A stretch of 64,000 nucleotides of DNA from a virus (lineage: Duplodnaviria > Caudoviricetes), in IMG/VR virus record IMGVR_UViG_3300021387_001709, positions 32,001 through 96,000 of that record, one strand, 5' to 3'. Numbering within the stretch: position 1 is the first letter of the stretch; each line of letters opens with the position of its first letter. The notes beneath the pieces are model-generated. The model was not told where the DNA came from. It searched no databases and worked only from the letters and a program-made list of their open reading frames with translations. The translations under genes were made by a program, and so were the position numbers. Positions 57,401-64,000 of this stretch are shown here, piece after piece.

Positions 57401-59875
57401 TGCCTCTTTGGCGGACTCGCCCTCAGTTTTTATTGCGTTTGCGCCTTCCTAAAGAGAAGAGAAGTCAATAGAAGAGATAGTAGATTTGAACGTCGCAATA
57501 GATTTATTTAACTCATCAAAATTACTAGTAATGCTTTCCCAATTAATACTTGATAATATAGAATCATTACCACCTAAACTAAAAGCATTCTATATAGCCT
57601 CCCCCATTTTTTCGGCGTTCTCAGCAACTTTTTGCATTGTTTCATTAAGTTGCTCAAGAAATGATGGCGCTTTTGCGTCTTTCGGAAGAAGCCCCTTTGA
57701 CAATACACTATGCAAATTGCCTATTGCATCTGTAAATAATTGGATTTGTTGTGTGTATTCTTTTACGGAATCGGGTTGCCCAATTTCATCATCGGCTTTT
57801 ATTTTGGTCTGACTCAACGTTTCAAGTAGCTGGTCTTTTAACTTCTGTTTATCTTCAGGAGACTTTGTAATTTCGGCCTTTTCACGAATTCTTTTACTTA
57901 TATATTTGAAATCCGTTGCTGGAAAATTCAATTCCAACATTTGATCCCAAAATAAGTTTTCCCCTTTTCCGACACTTTCAGCGGTTCTCTATATAGAAGA
58001 GATGAATGCCATTATTTGTTTAATTTGGGTCTTTGAGTCAGGTAAAAGTTTAATTCTATCTGGATTAAACTATTCAACGAACTCCTAAACATTAGGGAAC
58101 GCTTCCAAAAACCCGGAACTTCTTGGTGACTATGCCATAATATTTGCTAAAAGCTATATGTCACTAACATCTCCACCAAGCATACCTTCATCTTTTAATG
58201 ATAATTTATATTTGTTTACGACGTCTAATATATTTTTATATGCCGCCTAATATCTTTCTGCCTAATTTAACCATTCTGTTTCTATATTTGCCTCAATTGC
58301 CGCGTCCGCTACATCGTCTTTAACATGCACATTAAACTATTGTTCTTTTCTTGATGTGGTTCTCGAAAAATCCCACATTTCTCTATTAAGTTGTAATAAA
58401 GATTTCTGATTATTTCTAGCTTTTTGGTTAGTGCCTTCTCCAAATCTACCTATGGCATCAGATACCTGATTAACCACGGACAACAAAGACTAAAACTAAC
58501 TAATTAACGGTTCTATTCCAGCGTCGGTATCTATTCGACCAAATGCAGAACTAATATTTGTTATTTCCGTATTTAAATTTTCTAGTATATTAATCAACTA
58601 TTGAATGTTTTCCGTATTCCAAGACGTGGAATCGCCACTCGTAGCATGAATTTCTGAAGACATCTTTTCTTTTTTTTTATTAATATTTTCTATATGTTCC
58701 TCGGTATCATTTAAAGCCTATTCTGTTTCATCTATATTTGGCACTTTTATTTTTGAAAAATCAAAATCATTAATAGCCTATTTAATATCATTAAGTGCAT
58801 TTTTAAGTTCATTTAATGCGTTTGTTGCGGAAGTTATCTGTCGCTCATCAATTTTAAATGTTAGTCCATTACCATCTTCTCCGAGAGCCTCCAAGGACTA
58901 CGAAACTTTATCTATAATATTTTGAAATTTCTAAAACGTTCCGTCATCTTGAAACGCTTTCTTAATTTTGCCAATAGAATCGGCTACGCCGGATTCGGTC
59001 TCACCCTCAACTCTATCAGCCATCTGTTTGGATGCCTCTAACTCCCTCTCAAGTTCTGCTCGCTGCTATTTTAATGATTTAACCTAGGCCTTATTTATTT
59101 CATCTGGATTTCTTCCAAGATTCTATAAATTTTTATTTCTAACGTCAACCAGTCTAGCCTATATGTCTTTATAGTTTTCAAAAATACCGGAATCTTTAAT
59201 TATTCTGTTATCTGGGTTTAAAGCAGTTCTTAATTTTTTAGTAATATCAAATATTATTTGAGAAAAATCTTTATCGTCAAACCCTATTAACTAACTCAAG
59301 TCTCCGCCTTGACCAAGATATTTAAATAAATTATCAATATAACCACGTAAATCACTTGCATTTTCCTTAGAAAATAACCCGTCCAATCGAACATTTGATG
59401 TAGCAAGCTATTTTATCTTTTTATACCCTTGACTATTAGAATCGAGTAAATCTCTTTGTATTTTTCTAAAATTATTTTTTGCCTAGTTAGCATTTTTAAT
59501 TTGTTGATTTATATTATCAATATCAAAACCGATTACTTCCTCTGGTCTAACAGTCGTTTTCCCAGCTATTTGATTAACGGTTTTCCCAACGTTTTCTAAA
59601 TTGCTCTATACTTCTCGAAGAGAATTACTAAGCTCATCCATCCCCGCAACGTTTAAACCAAATAAATCTTCACCGTTCTGTCCTTTATACATCTTTGTCA
59701 CATTTTTAATTGCGGATTCAATATCTTTAATTGAGTCTAATATTTTTGATATATCTATATCTGCATTAAATTTAATTGGTTTTTTAGCTCTTCTTTCCAA
59801 TTCATCTATTTTTTTAGTGCCACTATCATCAACTTCAACTTTCAACGGCACAATCACGGTTTCGGTTTCTTTCAT
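39420..59875 (-). CDS. Giant tape-measure protein (~6,444 aa), exons 59875-51512, 51201-50759, 50405-50402, 49943-39420; TAG=Gln
   Basis: Ten track ORFs in exon 1 and twelve in exon 4 share one frame each; TP901-type core (ELDTALTEMRKVS, IIDKLNYIG|NNYAIST, LKTISLRL, VA|G|KTRA); C-terminal HAKG/YAKG motifs; upstream of Dit/Tal. Confidence 0.85.
49944..50401 (-). ncRNA. Group I intron 3 of TMP (458 nt, no ORF)
   Basis: 5' exon ends in U; IGS TTTTGCCTG; P7 pair GACCAT (near 50197) / ATGGTC (near 50040); terminal G before AAA ACA AGG. Confidence 0.85.
50402..50405 (-). other. 4-nt micro-exon AGGT of TMP
   Basis: Restores GTG GC|A GGT|AAA = V-A-G-K and the frame; flanked by the omega-G of intron 2 and the IGS-bearing start of intron 3. 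Confidence 0.75.
50406..50758 (-). ncRNA. Group I intron 2 of TMP (353 nt, no ORF)
   Basis: P1 GTGGC/GCCAC; AATTGCAGGTAA P element; TCATCGACCAG (R) and AAGAAATGGTCAG (S); terminal G. Confidence 0.8.
51202..51511 (-). ncRNA. Group I intron 1 of TMP (310 nt, no ORF)
   Basis: Exon ends TAGGT pairing IGS GCCTA; CGTAACGACTG (R) and AATATACAGTCTG (S); terminal G; splicing gives KLNYIG-NNYAIS. Confidence 0.88.
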
Positions 59876-59889
59876 TATTACTCACCCCC

Positions 59890-60327
59890 TTATAAAATTC
59901 CATTTATATATTCAACAATTAAATCACTAATAGGCGTGGATGTTGGTACATTTGCAAATGACCATCCACCAGCACCATTAGGTCTCGGTCCCCCATGAAC
60001 ACCATAATTAACGGCTTTATCAAACGCATGTCCAGAATCCCCTGAGTAAGTTGTACCCCATGGTGCCTCCCAAGAATTTACTCCCACCGTTCCAGAAGTA
60101 AAAGTATATACCAAATCACATCCTTCTATCCCGTGCCATCTTTCTTCCGGCTCTACTTCTGCAAAACTATCAAAACCAAAAACACGATCATAACTACCTG
60201 GGCCACCAGAACCGTACCATTCTGCCACAGCACCGCCAATAGCAGCAGGGATTTCTTCTTTTATTTTGTTTACCTATTCTTCGAGCGCAAGTTTTATTAT
60301 CTAATCCGGTATAATATTTTTATTCAT
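59890..60327 (-). CDS. Hypothetical tail-region protein (145 aa), TAG=Gln
   Basis: ATG at 60327 with AGGTG RBS, 2 TAGs upstream of the track ORF; G.HGG motif. Confidence 0.65.
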
Positions 60328-60377
60328 AAATTGCACACCTACCTTAACGGTATATAATTATACCGCTCATGTTATTA

Positions 60378-60893
60378 TCAATTAAACGTGTTATCTAATA
60401 TTGCATTCAATTTATCTAAATCTATTTTTTCAAAAATAGGATATAGTGTAGCTCCGATTAATTCCCCAAATCGTTCTACTTGTTTCTTAATAAAACTATG
60501 CGACTCATATTCGTTTGTTATCACATCGTTACACTTCATATTAAGAATAATTTTGAACTCATTTAAATCTTTTTCATCAATCATAGACACAATATCATCA
60601 AGCGCCATAGATGCGTCTAATTTATTATATTCATTAAGCCCATCCTTAAAATTAATATCAATATCCGTATACATATCTACAATACTTAAAAATGTAAACA
60701 TATGTTTTGCGGTAGAATTAACTTTAAAATTCCCATTCTCATCATAATAAGAATTATTAATAATTATCTGAGATCGAACATCTTTCTCCTCAAGAGGGAT
60801 ATAAGATTTTACAATATGTTCTTTAATAAATATAAGACGTTTGTCTGTTTCTTCAAAATTATCATATAATTCCATAAATTCATCAAATTTCAT
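60378..60893 (-). CDS. Hypothetical protein (possible tail assembly chaperone)
   Basis: MKFDEF start after AAGGAGA; no TAG; AT-rich. Confidence 0.65.
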   Translation of the reverse strand: MKFDEFMELYDNFEETDKRLIFIKEHIVKSYIPLEEKDVRSQIIINNSYYDENGNFKVNSTAKHMFTFLSIVDMYTDIDINFKDGLNEYNKLDASMALDDIVSMIDEKDLNEFKIILNMKCNDVITNEYESHSFIKKQVERFGELIGATLYPIFEKIDLDKLNAILDNTFN

Positions 60894-60960
60894 AATCTTT
60901 CTCCTTATAATCCAATCTATATAAACTCGTAATTTATCATTACAAATAATTTTCATATCA

Positions 60961-61001
60961 AAAAATGGGGTTAGAGAAAAAATAACATTTTCTCTAACCC
61001 C
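60961..61001 (-). terminator. Intrinsic terminator
   Basis: Perfect 14-bp stem GGGGTTAGAGAAAA/TTTTCTCTAACCCC with U-tract on the - strand. Confidence 0.75.
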
Positions 61002-61096
61002 TATATAATCAAAATACAAAGCACCGTATTATACAATTCTATAATTATAATTGTGGCAAACCATCGATATTATGTTTTCTTAATTAATATTCATTT

Positions 61097-61537
61097 TTAC
61101 TGATTATTTTCAATCTGTCCGATAAGCTATTCTATAGCGTATCTGTCTTTTTCGTCCTGCGCCTCATTCATTAAATTCTCTAATTTCTGAACCATATGTT
61201 CTTTGGCATCGCCTCTGCTATAACCGGGACGGTAATTTCCGCCTCGATAACCGCCGTTTCTACCGCCGCGATAGCTGTTTCCACCGTTGTTATAATAATA
61301 CATTGGTCTTCTCTGAGAATAACCGCCGCCATTACGGTTATATCCGCTTGCCAAAGAATAATCATCATCCGGTGCCGTATATCCATTCTCTTCGAACATC
61401 TCGATTGTGCCACAATCTTTCAGAATATCTACAAGTTCTCCGAGAATTTTTACCGTATTCATGTCGAGTTTTCCTTGACGAGAAATCTCGTCAATCTCGC
61501 AATAAATCATATCTTTGATATTATCAAATTCCTACAT
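61097..61537 (-). CDS. Conserved phage protein with RG/YG-rich region (146 aa), TAG=Gln
   Basis: GAGG RBS; ATG-TAG start (M-Q); GYSRGD motif; reads through 61127 to TAA. Confidence 0.75.
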
Positions 61538-61549
61538 TACCTTCCCTCC

Positions 61550-62020
61550 TCATCGCGTAACATTCAAATCCGGGCGAGAAAAAATAATATTAGCGTTCTA
61601 CACTAAAATAGGCTGATCACTAATATTTTTAACCGATACCGTTTCGCAGCATCCTCGCCATACAGGTACATTAACTGCTCTAGATATATTAAAAAATTCT
61701 TCTACGGCTGCCGGGGTTGCCGACATTATTGAAGAAGCTATAGTAGATCCATCAATTTGAATTGCAACGGATATTTGCCCAGGAGTTCCGCCTGTAGGTA
61801 CGGCAATATTACATCCAAAATCAACTAAATAATTTGCCGCATTTGCTCTGTTGCAACAACATCCGCGCCAACTATTAGGGATATATCCACTTAAAAGAAA
61901 ACTTCCCGTATCATCCCTATGTCGTACTAATCCGCGAGTACAAGGAACGGGCGCTTCTGTAAAGATAATTGTTTCTCCAGGATTTACAGTCTACTGGAGA
62001 GCTGCACTATACTCAGCCAT
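61550..62020 (-). CDS. Cys-rich beta-sandwich protein (BclA-CTD/C1q-like, 156 aa), TAG=Gln
   Basis: MAEY....QTV.PG..I.F...PC..G.VRHR..G.F.L; Y.V.FG.NIA; GCC..VSV.N....I.V(Q)NAN. Confidence 0.7.
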
Positions 62021-62058
62021 AAATAATTCCCCCTTACAACTAAACAATTAATTATTAA

Positions 62059-62820
62059 TTAGTTACCGCATCCACATCCGTAGTTATTCCCACAATTACA
62101 GCCAAACGGCTGAGGAACTACGTATGCGGGGATGGGTGAGGGAGCAAGGTATCTTTCAAGTGCTGCCGTCTGCGCTTCATTGTTAGCAAGAATAGCCGCT
62201 GTCTGCGCATCCTGCGAACCTTTAAGATTAGCGAGATTGAGCTGAGTCTGGAGATTTGCGTTCTGTGTTTTGAGTGCTTCAATTTCTTGCTGGCAAAGTT
62301 TGTCCTGAATGGACTGGATTCCACCATTAATGGTATTAAGAAGTGCGTTAGTATTAGCAGTGTTCATTGCCATAATGTCACGAACTCCGTCATTTACAGA
62401 CTGACGATCTGCGCATGCTTCGGATGCAATCTGAGCACCGAGATTGGCTACGGCCAACTAATTATTGCAACAACACTGCTACTGATTCATAGCGATAGTG
62501 TTCATCTGATTTGTAATACTTGCAAGGGTATTTGCACGAGAAATTTCCGCATTACCGAAACCGGTAGTGACGGCAGAAGTAAGACCATTCAGACTATTCA
62601 TAACAGCCATCTGGTCAAATCCGGTCTGAAGCTGTTCCTATGTTGCGTATCCGCCGGACGCACAGCCGTTATTTCCAAATCCATTTCCCCAGCCGTTATT
62701 AGCAAAGAGAAGAAGAATCAGTAACCACCAAGCACCGTTATTATTTCCACCAAAACCATCATTGTTGTTTCCAACTACTGCTGCGAGATCTGCAGCGCTG
62801 AATCCTTCACCATTGAGCAT
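62059..62820 (-). CDS. Conserved phage protein with Gly/Asn-rich TM N-terminus, CCC motif and coiled coil (253 aa), TAG=Gln
   Basis: AAGGAGG RBS; SAADLAAV, GAWWLLILLLF..GWG, GFDQ, QQCCC, P.PAY.V..P.GC; joins two track ORFs. Confidence 0.8.
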
Positions 62821-63004
62821 TGTAGCATTCCTCCTTTGGATAAAATTATTAATTAGTTGTAATATTAAAATACTCCATCCATTTAATCCTTTTAACCCAA
62901 ACATAATATCATTAAGAAACAATTAAGCCTTGCCACATATTGGTAATTTTATATAACGTTTTAAAGAATATATATAATTAATGCTTTGTATTCCAATTAT
63001 CAAG

Positions 63005-63286
63005 TTACTGTTGCTACATGTTTGTAGCAATCTGCTGGGCATAATTTAGTTCATTCGCCCTTCCATTATTCATCAAATATTTACAAATCATCTCCGGATT
63101 ATTCCGAAACTGTTGTAAATCATTGTACTGTTGCCGGTTGATTTTACCATTATTCAACATTATATCTAAAATAACTCCCGGATTTCTGCTCACCTAAGCA
63201 AACTGATTTAATATATTACCGGAATTATTCTAAGGCTGACGACTCGGCATATATCCACCAAATCTATTAAATAAACTATTAGCCAT
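63005..63286 (-). CDS. Gln/Asn-rich small protein (93 aa), TAG=Gln
   Basis: TAATG coupling; NP...L..ML.NG.I..QQY motif. Confidence 0.7.
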
Positions 63287-63855
63287 TATTTATTCCCCTT
63301 CCTATAATTAGAATTAGAATTGGAATTATTCTATGGTTTACCAAAACTGGTTATTCTATCTTCAATACCGGTAACCTACTTGTCAAGATTACTAAGCTGA
63401 TTATTCACCTAGGTCAACTAATCTTTGGTAACAAAATCCTAAAAAGATTCCAATTGTTTAGTGATAGAAGAGAGCTGTGTAGTAATATCATCCAGCTATT
63501 GCTTTGTCACATACTCCGGAGTTTCTACGTCTTTTTCAGAATTGTCAACGCCTCTTTCAGTGTAATCCAATACAGTAATCTGTGGTTTCCCCATTTGATC
63601 TATGTATTTGATATAAACAACTTTTTCATCCTCGTCCCACAAAGCCACAGGAATTCCGGGCTACAGATTATTATATCCGTCGGCAGCGGTTCTGCCTTTA
63701 ACCCATATCATGTTTCCGATCTGCGGCTGCTGTTGATAAACCGGATTAGTCATTGTCTGCGGAACTTGATAATACTGTTGCCAATTCCTCTGAGGGTAAG
63801 GCTATTGATAATTATTCTACTGATAACCATTCTAAAATCCATTAAAAGCATCCAT
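63286..63855 (-). CDS. Gln-rich conserved phage protein (189 aa), TAG=Gln
   Basis: AAGGAGG RBS; Q/Y/P-rich N-terminus mixing CAA/CAG/TAG; IWVKG...LWD.....YIK..D..G.P....LDY. Confidence 0.75.
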
Positions 63856-63858
63856 AGA

Positions 63859-64000
63859 TTATTCCTCCTTCTACCAATAATATGTTACAATTTCGTCGGA
63901 ACTATCCCAGCTATCGTATATGCTGCCCATGTCTACCGCAACGGCATGAGTTCCGGTAGCTACAATATAATGTCCGTCAGAATGTTCCTATGCGAACTGT
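63859..64000 (-). CDS. Partial (3' end) conserved phage protein, possibly peptidase-like
   Basis: ...FA(Q)EH.DGHYIVATGTHAVAV..G.IYDSWDS..E.V.YYW(Q)KEE-TAA. Confidence 0.65.

Noticed and set aside
10540-62724. Plus-strand ORFs in the track right of attP, and minus-strand ORFs within 1-10.4 kb
   Set aside because: Antisense shadows of real genes, with no RBS or recognisable motifs.
10777-64000. Fragmented minus-strand ORFs read as pseudogenes of a decayed prophage
   Set aside because: Breaks are TAG-only and in-frame, with no frameshifts except avd. This fits recoding, not decay.

Overview
A 64-kb segment of a large temperate tailed phage, probably infecting a gut Clostridia/Lachnospiraceae-type Firmicute and seen in its excised (attP) form. 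The left arm (1-10.4 kb, + strand) carries replication and nucleotide-metabolism genes: NAD-dependent ligase, HPr-like proteins, a formate/nitrite channel, a redoxin, NrdD/NrdG, dUTPase, a kinase and a tyrosine integrase. It is code-neutral, with no in-frame TAG and every stop TAA or TGA. An attP site follows, holding a sigma70-type promoter and the 5' two-thirds of a tRNA-Pro(GGG). The right arm (10.8-64 kb, - strand) is the late tail and lysis region and uses an alternative genetic code with TAG read as Gln (table 15). The many short minus-strand ORFs in the track are in-frame pieces of long genes broken only at TAG. Rebuilt genes include holins, a multi-domain endolysin, two large tail fibres, Dit/Tal and a ~6,444-aa tape-measure protein. 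The tape-measure gene is split by three ORF-less group I introns, two of them in tandem around a 4-nt micro-exon (AGGT). Also present are a DGR-type target gene with a variable region, hairpin and decayed avd but no RT/TR in the window, a DUF5659 + RepL-like insert, and a Gln/Cys-rich five-gene cassette of unknown function. All calls come from reading the sequence and motif recall; no database searches were run.
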